NCBI GenBank assembly: GCA_027314465.1
Contig: DAHVAU010000004.1
Span: forward strand, 1 to 37,576
Direction of reading: 5' to 3'
From: Candidatus Micrarchaeota archaeon
Lineage (GTDB): Archaea > Micrarchaeota > Micrarchaeia > Micrarchaeales > CABMGC01
DNA: 37,576 bases
A program made the translations under genes and the position numbers. The notes below the pieces were generated by a model, which was not told the DNA's origin, did not search any database, and was given only the letters and a program-made list of their open reading frames with translations. Below are positions 8,317 to 16,486 of the stretch, piece by piece (position 1 is the stretch's first letter; the number at the start of each line of letters is the position of its first letter).

Positions 8317-8844
8317 TCACTGTGGAGGTGATATGATTAGCGCGTTAGTCGCCTTGCCAGCATCAATTCGGTAATAGACCCTGTGACCAAGCTGTGTCTT
8401 TACCAGGAATCCGGAGAGCACAAGCCGGTTCAGCCTGTTGCACGCCGCATTCCTGCCCCTGTATCCCATATATTCCTTTACGTCATCGGCGCATGCCATG
8501 CCCTTGGTCTTCACAAAGTCAAGTATCATGCCATCGAGGTGCGACACCGCCACCTCCATCTGGCCCTGCTGAATTGGAGTCGCGTACGACTCCTGGGCCT
8601 CGAAGGCCTCTCTCCACTGCTGCTCCATCTTGTTTATCTTCTCGGTTATTGCCAGAAGCGCCCTGTTGGTCCTCTCCCTCTCCTCCATTAGCCTGGTAAG
8701 GGTGGATGCAAGAGCCTCATCGGCAGATCTCTCAAGCTGCCTGTCGGGTGAATTCTCGTTCTTCATTGACAAGGCCTTGACCTCACTCTTAAGCCTGGAG
8801 ATCTCATCTTCTATTTGATCCTTGTTCACGGCCAACCCAATCAT
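8317..8844 (-). CDS. coiled-coil protein with C-terminal winged-helix domain (putative transcription regulator)
   Basis: 175-aa ORF with an ATG start. The N-terminal ~100 aa are heptad-rich and charged (IEDEISRLKSEVKAL...). The C-terminus, ILDFVKTKGMACADDVKEYMGYRGRNAACNRLNRLVLSGFLVKTQLGHRVYYRI, is a typical wHTH. Confidence 0.65.
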   Translation of the reverse strand: MIGLAVNKDQIEDEISRLKSEVKALSMKNENSPDRQLERSADEALASTLTRLMEERERTNRALLAITEKINKMEQQWREAFEAQESYATPIQQGQMEVAVSHLDGMILDFVKTKGMACADDVKEYMGYRGRNAACNRLNRLVLSGFLVKTQLGHRVYYRIDAGKATNALIISPPQ

Positions 8845-8853
8845 CTGCTCGAT

Positions 8854-8914
8854 GCATGATTCCAGTATGAAGGCTTCATGAGCGCTTCATGAAAGAATCA
8901 TGAACGAATCATAT
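8854..8914. promoter_or_regulatory. six phased 11-bp repeats centred on (C/T)ATGA, candidate operator array upstream of the wHTH gene
   Basis: The units are gCATGA 8854, gTATGA 8865, tCATGA 8876, tCATGA 8887, tCATGA 8898 and tCATAT 8909. The spacing is exactly 11 bp, starting 10 bp upstream of the ATG at 8844. TCATGA is palindromic. Confidence 0.5.
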
Positions 8915-9615
8915 CTATTAGGATAAGGATATTTAAACCTTTCTTGATTTTGTGGGTTGTCCACTATTCGAACTGATGCCAAAAACAGGTTCATTGCATG
9001 CGGCCGGCATGGCCCATGAATAATCATCTTATGGAATAGAACATTTTTAAAGCTGCCTTGCCGTGCAGCTTGCAGCTTACGTCGTATTGCCTAGGGAGAG
9101 CAGTGTGCACCTGAAATAAACTCCGTGCAGACCAGTAGGAGTGACGTTGCAGCTATTTAGAGGCAGGTATGGATATGGTTGCTGTTATGCACCCATTATG
9201 ATACACACTCCAGGACATGCCAGATACGAAATGCAGTTCCGCTTGAGGAACGAACATATGTGCGCCATGAGCGTTGCCCTGATAGTTTTCCGGCGTTATA
9301 GGCAGGTATCAGGGGGCTGTGGAGGGGATTGTTATGGTGGCATCTGATAGTTGAATCAGCATCAAAGATGTTGCAATGAGACATGTGGACCTGGGATCTG
9401 CCAATACGAAGCGGGCCGATCTGGGATAAGAATGACTTCCCCTTTACAGAAGCGCCCTGTTGGCTGTTCCCATTAGGGCTTGCGCCAGTGGTGCTTACTT
9501 GATTGCGCAGTGATTGGCTGCAGGTAATTGCAGAGGCGCATCGTATACCAAGCAATATCTTTATAGAAGTTTGGCACGGAAGAATAAAAACATACTACTC
9601 CCACCAGGCTTGCTT

Positions 9616-10122
9616 ATGGAACATATACTTATCCCGCACAAGAGAGCGTCATTACTAGACAAGAAGACCCTTGAGAGGCTTGAGGACAGGCTCAAGTGCA
9701 GCGTAGACCTTACAGACAACGAAGTGACGATAAACGGGCAGCCGTATGACGAGTACAACGCAAAGAACGTGCTCCAGGCGTTTGGGAGGGGATTTGAGAT
9801 CAGCAAGGCTTACAAGCTTCTTGATGAGGACTACTTCTTCCAGACAATCAATCTCAAGGACGAGTTCAGGAACCCTGACCAGTTGGCAAGGGTAAAGGCC
9901 AGGCTCATAGGCAGCGATGGCAAGGCCAAGGAGTACATAGAGTCTGTGAGCGGCGCTGAGATAGTAGTGTATGGCAACACCATAAGCACGATAGGCAGGA
10001 TAGACGAAGTACGCATAGCCGATGCCGCGATAAAGATTCTCGTGGGCGGAGGAACGCATAAGACAGCCTACGCAGTGATGGAGAAGGAGAAGAGGAAGAT
10101 AAACAGTGAGACGCATGGCTGA
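9616..10122 (+). CDS. KH-domain RNA-binding protein (archaeal Dim2/Pno1-like)
   Basis: The sequence is MEHILIPHKRASLLDKKTLERLEDRLKCSVDL...NAKNVLQAFGRGFEISKAYKLL...RVKARLIGSDGKAKEYIESVSGAEIVVYGNTISTIGR. It shows two KH-like modules with a GxxG-type loop (GSDGKAK). The start is set at ATG 9616; the ORF-track start at 9514 is an extension into the intergenic region. Confidence 0.8.
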   Translation: MEHILIPHKRASLLDKKTLERLEDRLKCSVDLTDNEVTINGQPYDEYNAKNVLQAFGRGFEISKAYKLLDEDYFFQTINLKDEFRNPDQLARVKARLIGSDGKAKEYIESVSGAEIVVYGNTISTIGRIDEVRIADAAIKILVGGGTHKTAYAVMEKEKRKINSETHG

Positions 10123-11788
10123 GACCAAGGTTGTTGACGCAGATACAATATTCAAGGAGCTTAGGACGCATTCCATATCAGAGTTCTTCAGGAAGAACAG
10201 CCAGATGCTCGGATACTCGGGCAAGGTGAGGTCACTCACCACAGCGGTGCACGAATACGTGAGCAACTCGCTGGACGCATGCGAAGAGGCGGGAATACTC
10301 CCGGACATAGCTGTGGAGATAAAGCAGCTCTCAGAGTTCAAATACTCTGTGCAGGTAAGCGACAACGGTCCTGGAATACCCCAAAATATACTGGGCAGGG
10401 TGCTTGCAACGGTTCTATCAGGCACAAAGTTCCACAGATACGTACAGCAGAGGGGACAGCAGGGAATAGGAGGGTCTGGCTGCACGCTGTTCTCCCAGAT
10501 AACTACAGGAAAGGCCATACATATAAAATCAGGGACAGGACGATCCGCTTACGAATGCGACCTCACCATCGACATAAAGTCGAACAGGCCTCTCATAACA
10601 AACATGCGCGGCATGGACAACTCTTTTAGGGGAGTCACAATATACGGGGAGTTCGGGGACGTGAAGTACGAGAACAGCGAGCACGGCATATACGAGTACC
10701 TTAGGCGCACTGCGCTCTCAAACCCTCATGCCAGCATAAAGCTCGCAGATCCGGAGGGGAAGGAGTACAACTTCGTGAGGTCGGTGCTGGAGATGCCAAA
10801 GAAGCCCAAGGTGACTAAGCCGCACCCGCTTGGAATCGGTACCAACGATCTTCTGGAGTTCGCGCACCACAGCGAGAGCAAGAAGATATCCATGTTCCTC
10901 ATGGAGACGTTCTCCAGGCTCAGCCAGGGCAAGGTTGACGAGCTCAAGGGCATGATGCCTGGCTTCGACTTCGACAAGGAGCCAAGGCAGCTCACATGGG
11001 ACGAGTCTGAGAAGCTGGTTAACGCATTCAAGCAGATCAAGTGGCTGGCTCCTGACCTTGATTCACTCTCGACTATAGGCGAGGAGCAGATAAAGGCGAC
11101 GATAAAGAACATACTTAATCCGCAGTTCATGAGCGTGGTTGAGAGGCGCCCGAAGGTGTTTCGGGGAGGCATACCATTCGTCGTAGAGGCAGGAATAGCT
11201 TACGGAGGTAACGCCGGGAAGGGGGTGGGCGAGGGGGGCTCAAAAGGGGTGCTCATAAGGTTCGCAAACAAGGTACCGCTGCTGTTCGACGGATCGATAT
11301 GCGCTGTGACGACAGCTGTTGCAAGCATAGACTGGAAGAGGTACGGCATAAAGGAGTTCGAGAACGAGCCTATAAGCGTGCTTGTCAATGTCTCCAGCGT
11401 GTACGTCCCCTATTCCGGGGTGGGCAAACAGGCCATATCCCAGGAGCCGGAGGTGGTGGACGAGATAAAGCTTGCGGTGCAGGACTGCGCCAGGGGCCTG
11501 CAGAGGTACATGAGCGGAGAGCGCAACAGGAACATACAAGCATCGAAGTACCAGACCGTAATGAGGTACGTGAACCAGCTCTCGATAAACCTGAGCGAGA
11601 TTACAGGCAAGCAGCAGAAGTCCATAGAGACCGAGCTGCGCTCGCTCATAGACAGGAGATACAAGAAGCTGCTAGAGGCAGAATCTGCAGCAAATGCCGC
11701 TGAAGAGGAAGCTGAAGCCGCTGTGGATAGCGCGGATGACGCCAGGAGCGAGCCAGGGGAAGGCGAAGCCGGTCCTGAAGACGAATGA
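10115..11788 (+). CDS. top6B: DNA topoisomerase VI subunit B
   Basis: The GHKL/Bergerat ATP-binding motifs are EYVSNSLDACEE, DNGPGIP and GQQGIGGSG, followed by the transducer domain. The tail is acidic (AEEEAEAAVDSADDARSEPGEGEAGPEDE). ATG 10115 overlaps the KH gene stop by 8 nt. An upstream GTG at 10106 is also possible. Confidence 0.93.
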   Translation: MAETKVVDADTIFKELRTHSISEFFRKNSQMLGYSGKVRSLTTAVHEYVSNSLDACEEAGILPDIAVEIKQLSEFKYSVQVSDNGPGIPQNILGRVLATVLSGTKFHRYVQQRGQQGIGGSGCTLFSQITTGKAIHIKSGTGRSAYECDLTIDIKSNRPLITNMRGMDNSFRGVTIYGEFGDVKYENSEHGIYEYLRRTALSNPHASIKLADPEGKEYNFVRSVLEMPKKPKVTKPHPLGIGTNDLLEFAHHSESKKISMFLMETFSRLSQGKVDELKGMMPGFDFDKEPRQLTWDESEKLVNAFKQIKWLAPDLDSLSTIGEEQIKATIKNILNPQFMSVVERRPKVFRGGIPFVVEAGIAYGGNAGKGVGEGGSKGVLIRFANKVPLLFDGSICAVTTAVASIDWKRYGIKEFENEPISVLVNVSSVYVPYSGVGKQAISQEPEVVDEIKLAVQDCARGLQRYMSGERNRNIQASKYQTVMRYVNQLSINLSEITGKQQKSIETELRSLIDRRYKKLLEAESAANAAEEEAEAAVDSADDARSEPGEGEAGPEDE

Positions 11789-11926
11789 CCTAAGTGCCAT
11801 ACGTTCCGGGCATGGCCAGACGCTGCAACCCAGCGCCGTTAATGCGTTTTATAAAGACCTCTCAGAAGCCTTATATATCACGGCAGAAGAGAAGAAGAAT
11901 AGAATCTTGAACAAGTAGTGATACCC

Positions 11927-13075
11927 ATGATTAGCAAGACCGTACCCAAGCACCTAAGGCATGATCAGCACATTAGCAACAGCCAGATTCACCAGCATGC
12001 GAAGCCTGCGCACCTGAAGAATGGACAGAAGACAGGCATGGTAGAGCTGGTGGCAGAGGCAATGGTGTTACGCAGGCACAGCGAGAATGCGCTGCACCTG
12101 AGAAGGTACTTACCGCCTGCGCACCTGAAGATGGATCCCGATACAGCAGTGGCCTTGGCTGGGAATGGATCAGTAGTATCTCCCATTACTGGAGAGCGCC
12201 CAAAGCACCTTAGGAAGGACAGAGCGACAGGAGCAGTCACTTATGTAGCGGCATCGGGATCCGGAGATGCGCGCATTACCGGAATAGAAGAGAAGAGGAA
12301 TAAGCACCTGCACAGCGCCCAAAAGCCCAAGAGGATGCACAGGAAAATCGCTGCTGCAGCTGCAGTGGCAGTTCTTGGAATAGCGCTTGGGGCAGTCACA
12401 GACCCGGGAGCAGCCAGGGCAGGGGCCAATCAGACCTCAAACACAATTTCTGCAAAGGCCAGGGACTACATAGCGAGAAGGTTCTGGCAGGCAGAGGCAA
12501 TGTATAATGACCAGTTTGATTCCGTCTCCCCGAAGGTCAGGATGACATTTGACAAGTGGGCGAAGAACTATGCCCAGGAGGCGCGGAGCACAGCGGCAAG
12601 CTATGGTCTTGTTGGCCTGGTCCACGGTGCCAATGTAATACTTGCCAATACGATAAACCAGTACAAGCTAAACGTGGCGAGCGCCAAGGAAGGACTCACA
12701 TACCCGTACATTGCAGCAAGCAGTGGGCAGGGAACGAGCGCTGCGAAGAGCACACATTTACGCGCGCCTGTGGGCGAGCGCCTGGAGATGCAGGAGGTCA
12801 GGGCGATAACCTTTGGCAATACTGCAATATCCATGAGCCTGCAGTACAGCCAGTATCTATTGGGCTCGTACAATAAGCAGATAACAGCCTTCGCGCAGCT
12901 TTCAGTGCGTTATGCTAATCAGGCAGTGCAGCTAGCCAACGAAATACCCGGAATGGCCGGGCTTAAGAAGGTGCAGCAGGCAGGAGCTCTGCTTGGCGTA
13001 GAGGAGAAAAAGGCCAGTGAGCTATTTGCGCAGGTAAAGAGATCAGAGGCCCAGATCACGGCGCAGAGCCAGTGA
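11927..13075 (+). CDS. bitopic membrane protein: cytoplasmic N-terminal region with repeated P-[KA]-H-L-[RK] motifs, one TM helix, helical C-terminal domain
   Basis: The ORF has ATG 11927 (MISKTVPKHL) and a GTG at 11918. The motifs PKHLR, PAHLK, LHLR, PAHLK, PKHLR and NKHLH fall within the first ~135 aa. The TM helix is KIAAAAAVAVLGIALGAV. I recognise no family. Confidence 0.6.
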   Translation: MISKTVPKHLRHDQHISNSQIHQHAKPAHLKNGQKTGMVELVAEAMVLRRHSENALHLRRYLPPAHLKMDPDTAVALAGNGSVVSPITGERPKHLRKDRATGAVTYVAASGSGDARITGIEEKRNKHLHSAQKPKRMHRKIAAAAAVAVLGIALGAVTDPGAARAGANQTSNTISAKARDYIARRFWQAEAMYNDQFDSVSPKVRMTFDKWAKNYAQEARSTAASYGLVGLVHGANVILANTINQYKLNVASAKEGLTYPYIAASSGQGTSAAKSTHLRAPVGERLEMQEVRAITFGNTAISMSLQYSQYLLGSYNKQITAFAQLSVRYANQAVQLANEIPGMAGLKKVQQAGALLGVEEKKASELFAQVKRSEAQITAQSQ

Positions 13076-13098
13076 TGATGGCATAAGGTATGTGAGGA

Positions 13099-15546
13099 TT
13101 ATACCTTGATCTGCTCAAGGTCCCCGGCGTCGACGAGCTTCACATTCCCGTATCTTATGGCGAGCTTGATAATCTCTGCGTTGTTCCCGTATGACCTGTA
13201 CAGCTTGTCCATGAAGCTTAGCTTCTTCTCCTGGTCAAGGAACACTATGTAGCTCCTGGAGCGCTGGCTTATCTCTATGTCCTTTATCTTGGCAGTGTCT
13301 GAATAGATCTTGATGTAGCTCTGCGTGCCCTTGTTGGTTATTATCATATCGCTCTTAGAGGATGCGTCCATCTCAGTGAACATCATTGCGTTTGCTATGC
13401 AGTAGTCCCTGAGCTTGCGGTATATGACCAGGTAATCTATGCTGTGGCCCGACTGCGCCGCCCATGCCGAAGGCGCATAGTAGTCTCCTGCAGATTCAAC
13501 AAGCCCCTTCTTTATGAGCACATTGAGCAGCGCATAGGTATTTCTCAGCGTTATTGATATGCGCGTGTTCCCGTACTTTATGAAGTTGCTTACCCCCGAG
13601 CGCATCTCCTCAGGGGTGAGCGGCATGAACCTCCAGTGGTAGAATGAATTGACCTTGTCGAACACCGCCACCACTGCGTCAGGGGACTCCATAGCCCTCT
13701 CATGCGTGCTCATCTTTATCTCTGGAACATCTACGAAGTACTGCTCTACGTTGTTAGGCACCAGCACCCTGTTAAGCACTATTATGAACACGAGCGCTAT
13801 TGCAAAGGCTATGTACAGCGGAGGTATGTTCAGACCTGCGCCCTGATACTGGTAGGGCACGTAATAGTTGCTGCCCAGTATCATTATCTCGAATGTGCCG
13901 TTGCCGTGGCTTAGAGCAGCGCCGTTAGGCAGTGAGTACCTGATGTCTCCGCCGGTTATGGTGCCCTGCGAAGCGTATGCCCCACTCACGCTGGCAGTAT
14001 ATGCAGTGCCTGATATTGGCACGCCGTTGCTGTATGCAGTGAACAGGAAGGTGCCGTTATTGAAATTAAGCACTACAGGAGCTATTGTGGCATTTGCTAC
14101 CTGGAACAGTGCTGATGAATATGTCCTGTTCTGCTGGTCGTCCAGCCTGGCTATGTAGTAGCCGCTTGGCAGCTCGAAGGACTGGTATGAGTAGAGCGTA
14201 GATGCCCCCACCTGCCCTATCCTTATTGGGGCCTGCGGCGCAGGCGTGAAGTTCATATCCACAAGGGGCACGTAGGCTATGACAGCGCTGCCGTGCGTTG
14301 AATTGAATACCTGCGTGCTTATCTGGGCCTGCTGCGAGAGGCCGACGACTGGAGGGAGCCCTATCTCTCCGTTCTGCTTCATCCTGATCCTGAACTCTGA
14401 CTCGAACTTGCTTGTGGTGTTGGCATTTGACAGGTTGAGGAATACTAGCGAGTACGAGCTATTTATTATGTCCGACACGCTCGGAGAGTAAGGTATCAGG
14501 GTGTTGAGCGTGAATATCGTGTAGTTGCCCGATGACGACTGCGGCAGAGGCGTGAAGCCGTGAGCTATGAACGGGATCCAGTACCTTGACGCAAGAACGG
14601 TGGCTATGTCTGACGAGAGGTTCAGGGCGCTGTTGTTCCACCCCGCCGAGGGATAGTTGCTCAGGGCTATGAACGTACCGTTGAGCACTGATACAGAAGT
14701 TGCAGAGCCGAACGAGAGGCCAGGCACGAACCTGAACGTGGGCGTGTTTAGTATGAGCCTGTTGTACGTGTAGTTGGAGTTGCTCGTATTGGCGAATCCC
14801 GTGCTGTTGTAGTAGCTCATGTACGGCATCTTCAGCGCTTCTGCAGTAGCATTGCTGTTCTGCGCTATCTGCCCGGTGCATGAGACTGACCTTGACAGAT
14901 TCCTGCCTACGTACAGCACGACATCGCCATTGGAGAGCAGATTTGGCAGTGTTGTGTTTGAGTACCTCTGGCAGCCCTCAGTGTAGGTTACATTAGGGAG
15001 CAGTATGTTGGGCATAAGCCCTGAAGCTATTATGACTATGGATCTCTTGGGTATGGCGTCCATCTGATTTATGTTGATGTAATTGAGGCTCGATGCGTTG
15101 AACAGCAGGCCTGAGTGCGACAGCGTGCTGTTGAGAGTGCTGAACAGCGTTGAGGGGAGGAAGCATTGCACGCAGTAGCTCTCCACGTTTATGACGTATA
15201 TTGGCATCACCGGCTTTGATGTGTACACCGTGAGAGACAGGTTAGCCGCGGCGACATTGTTGCTTGTGTATGCAACACGGGCATACTCCACGAGCTGGTT
15301 CGAGTAGTTGTACGTAAGCGCTCCGTAGTAGTCTGTTGTGAGACCCCCATATATCGGCCCGGATGCGGCCGGAGGCGCGACCTGTATGGCAGCAACTTGC
15401 TGCCCCACGTAGAGCACAAGCAAGGCCATTAGCACTACTGCCACAAGCACTGCAACTATCGCTAGCTTTATCTTTCCGCTCATGCCACTGGCGCTGGGTT
15501 CAGGAGCCATTTCCTGCAGCGCTGACTTGGATGCTCCTACTGTCAT
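13099..15546 (-). CDS. large type-I-like surface glycoprotein candidate: N-terminal anchor/signal, ~520-aa sequon-dense ectodomain, second TM, 216-aa cytoplasmic domain
   Basis: 815-aa ORF. The ATG overlaps the stop of the upstream 49-aa ORF (ATGA).
- First TM: KLAIVAVLVAVVLMALLVLYV.
- Ectodomain: about 24 N-x-S/T sequons by my count (NYS, NLS, NST, NAS, NVT, NTT, NAT, NGT and others).
- Second TM: PPLYIAFAIALVFIIVLNRVLV.
- C-terminal domain: contains a wHTH-like stretch, TLRNTYALLNVLIKKGLVES. Confidence 0.8.
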   Translation of the reverse strand: MTVGASKSALQEMAPEPSASGMSGKIKLAIVAVLVAVVLMALLVLYVGQQVAAIQVAPPAASGPIYGGLTTDYYGALTYNYSNQLVEYARVAYTSNNVAAANLSLTVYTSKPVMPIYVINVESYCVQCFLPSTLFSTLNSTLSHSGLLFNASSLNYININQMDAIPKRSIVIIASGLMPNILLPNVTYTEGCQRYSNTTLPNLLSNGDVVLYVGRNLSRSVSCTGQIAQNSNATAEALKMPYMSYYNSTGFANTSNSNYTYNRLILNTPTFRFVPGLSFGSATSVSVLNGTFIALSNYPSAGWNNSALNLSSDIATVLASRYWIPFIAHGFTPLPQSSSGNYTIFTLNTLIPYSPSVSDIINSSYSLVFLNLSNANTTSKFESEFRIRMKQNGEIGLPPVVGLSQQAQISTQVFNSTHGSAVIAYVPLVDMNFTPAPQAPIRIGQVGASTLYSYQSFELPSGYYIARLDDQQNRTYSSALFQVANATIAPVVLNFNNGTFLFTAYSNGVPISGTAYTASVSGAYASQGTITGGDIRYSLPNGAALSHGNGTFEIMILGSNYYVPYQYQGAGLNIPPLYIAFAIALVFIIVLNRVLVPNNVEQYFVDVPEIKMSTHERAMESPDAVVAVFDKVNSFYHWRFMPLTPEEMRSGVSNFIKYGNTRISITLRNTYALLNVLIKKGLVESAGDYYAPSAWAAQSGHSIDYLVIYRKLRDYCIANAMMFTEMDASSKSDMIITNKGTQSYIKIYSDTAKIKDIEISQRSRSYIVFLDQEKKLSFMDKLYRSYGNNAEIIKLAIRYGNVKLVDAGDLEQIKV

Positions 15547-15692
15547 CTCCCTTCAGCCTCGCCGCCCTTCTTCACAACGTATTTCTGCAGCAGAGACTCT
15601 ACCAGCTTAGAGAATGCGTTCTGGTTTCCTGAGGGCTTCTTCTTTATCGCGTATATCCTTACGTAACTGAACTTCCTGTTTATAGTAGCCAT
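15543..15692 (-). CDS. unannotated 49-aa basic protein (below ORF-track cutoff)
   Basis: Hand translation of the minus strand gives MATINRKFSYVRIYAIKKKPSGNQNAFSKLVESLLQKYVVKKGGEAEGR. It fills the only gap between the 253-aa and 815-aa genes. Its TGA overlaps the ATG of the 815-aa gene (ATGA), which suggests translational coupling. Confidence 0.45.
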   Translation of the reverse strand: MATINRKFSYVRIYAIKKKPSGNQNAFSKLVESLLQKYVVKKGGEAEGR

Positions 15693-15710
15693 GTATGCCA
15701 TTCAAAGCAC

Positions 15711-16472
15711 CTATCCCTTGAGCTCCAGGTATCCCAGTGATACCATCTTATCCAGTATCTGCTCCACCCTTGTTGGAGACACGCCGTGGGACTTGGAGAA
15801 CTCAACTATGTCTATGGAGCTGTTGTGAACGGTTATCCAGTCCTCCACCAGTGCCATGAGCGACTCGTCGCTGTATTTCTGCAGCGATGCAAGCTGGCCT
15901 TTGAGCACCTTGTTCTCTTCCGAGAGCTGCGCTGACTGTATCGTAAGATTCCTGTTTGCAGCAGATACCTCTATCTCAAGCCTCTTTGTCTCCCTGTATT
16001 CGGATAGCAGCGAGTCGTACCTGTTGTACAGTGTGGTGTAGTTCTGCGAGAGGCCTGATAGAAGCCCGTCAAGCACGGAGTCTATGTACTGTATGAACTT
16101 GAGCTGGTCCAGAGAGTACTTGCCGTCAAGAATCGAGACTATGGCGGCTACGCTCTTAAGCACGCTTGCGCGCCGCAGGCTGACGCTGGAATCCGGTATG
16201 ATTGAATATGTGATATCGATGCCGTCGGGCTTTATGCTTATTATGTGGAATAGGTACGGCCTGCGGTTTATGCTCCTGCTCTCCACCTTTATCAGGTCCA
16301 GCCCGGAGTCTGATGACTTGAACAGATAGAACGGCAGGCTCCCCAGTGCCGCCTTAACATCGCCCATTGTGCCATTGAGCTTGCCTGATATCGAGAACTC
16401 CTCAACCTTTGGCTGCGAGACCTGCTGCGATGGGCTGGCGTTCTGTGATGCTGGATCCGGAGCATTAGCCAC
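15711..16472 (-). CDS. cytoplasmic coiled-coil protein with C-terminal winged-helix domain
   Basis: 253-aa ORF with an apparent GTG start. The central heptad region is LLSEYRETKRLEIEVSAANRNLTIQSAQLSEENKVLKGQLASLQ. The C-terminus, IDIVEFSKSHGVSPTRVEQILDKMVSLGYLELKG, is wHTH-like. Confidence 0.7.
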   Translation of the reverse strand: MANAPDPASQNASPSQQVSQPKVEEFSISGKLNGTMGDVKAALGSLPFYLFKSSDSGLDLIKVESRSINRRPYLFHIISIKPDGIDITYSIIPDSSVSLRRASVLKSVAAIVSILDGKYSLDQLKFIQYIDSVLDGLLSGLSQNYTTLYNRYDSLLSEYRETKRLEIEVSAANRNLTIQSAQLSEENKVLKGQLASLQKYSDESLMALVEDWITVHNSSIDIVEFSKSHGVSPTRVEQILDKMVSLGYLELKG

Positions 16473-16486
16473 TATACCACCATACT

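Noticed and set aside
9141-9555. 68-aa plus-strand (GTG start) and 119-aa minus-strand ORFs in the long intergenic gap.
   Set aside because: They overlap each other and have odd composition, with no start or promoter context. The region is treated as non-coding or a possible ncRNA instead.
9060-9560. Naming the gap RNA as RNase P RNA or SRP (7S) RNA.
   Set aside because: I found only partial matches to CR-I (GAGGAAAGUCC) and CR-IV (ACAGAA..GGCUUA) and no GGAA-capped helix-8-like motif. I cannot build the P4 pairing by hand. A covariance-model search is required.
9655-10518. 287-aa minus-strand ORF overlapping the KH-protein and top6B genes.
   Set aside because: It is antisense to two genes with unambiguous motifs (KH GxxG, Bergerat fold). 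Its composition is low-complexity and Cys/Leu/Ser-rich. It is a shadow ORF.
11789-13075. Expectation that top6A (the Spo11-like subunit) follows top6B.
   Set aside because: The downstream ORF has no Toprim/5Y-CAP motifs and is a membrane protein. The top6A gene must lie elsewhere, so this is noted only as gene-order context.
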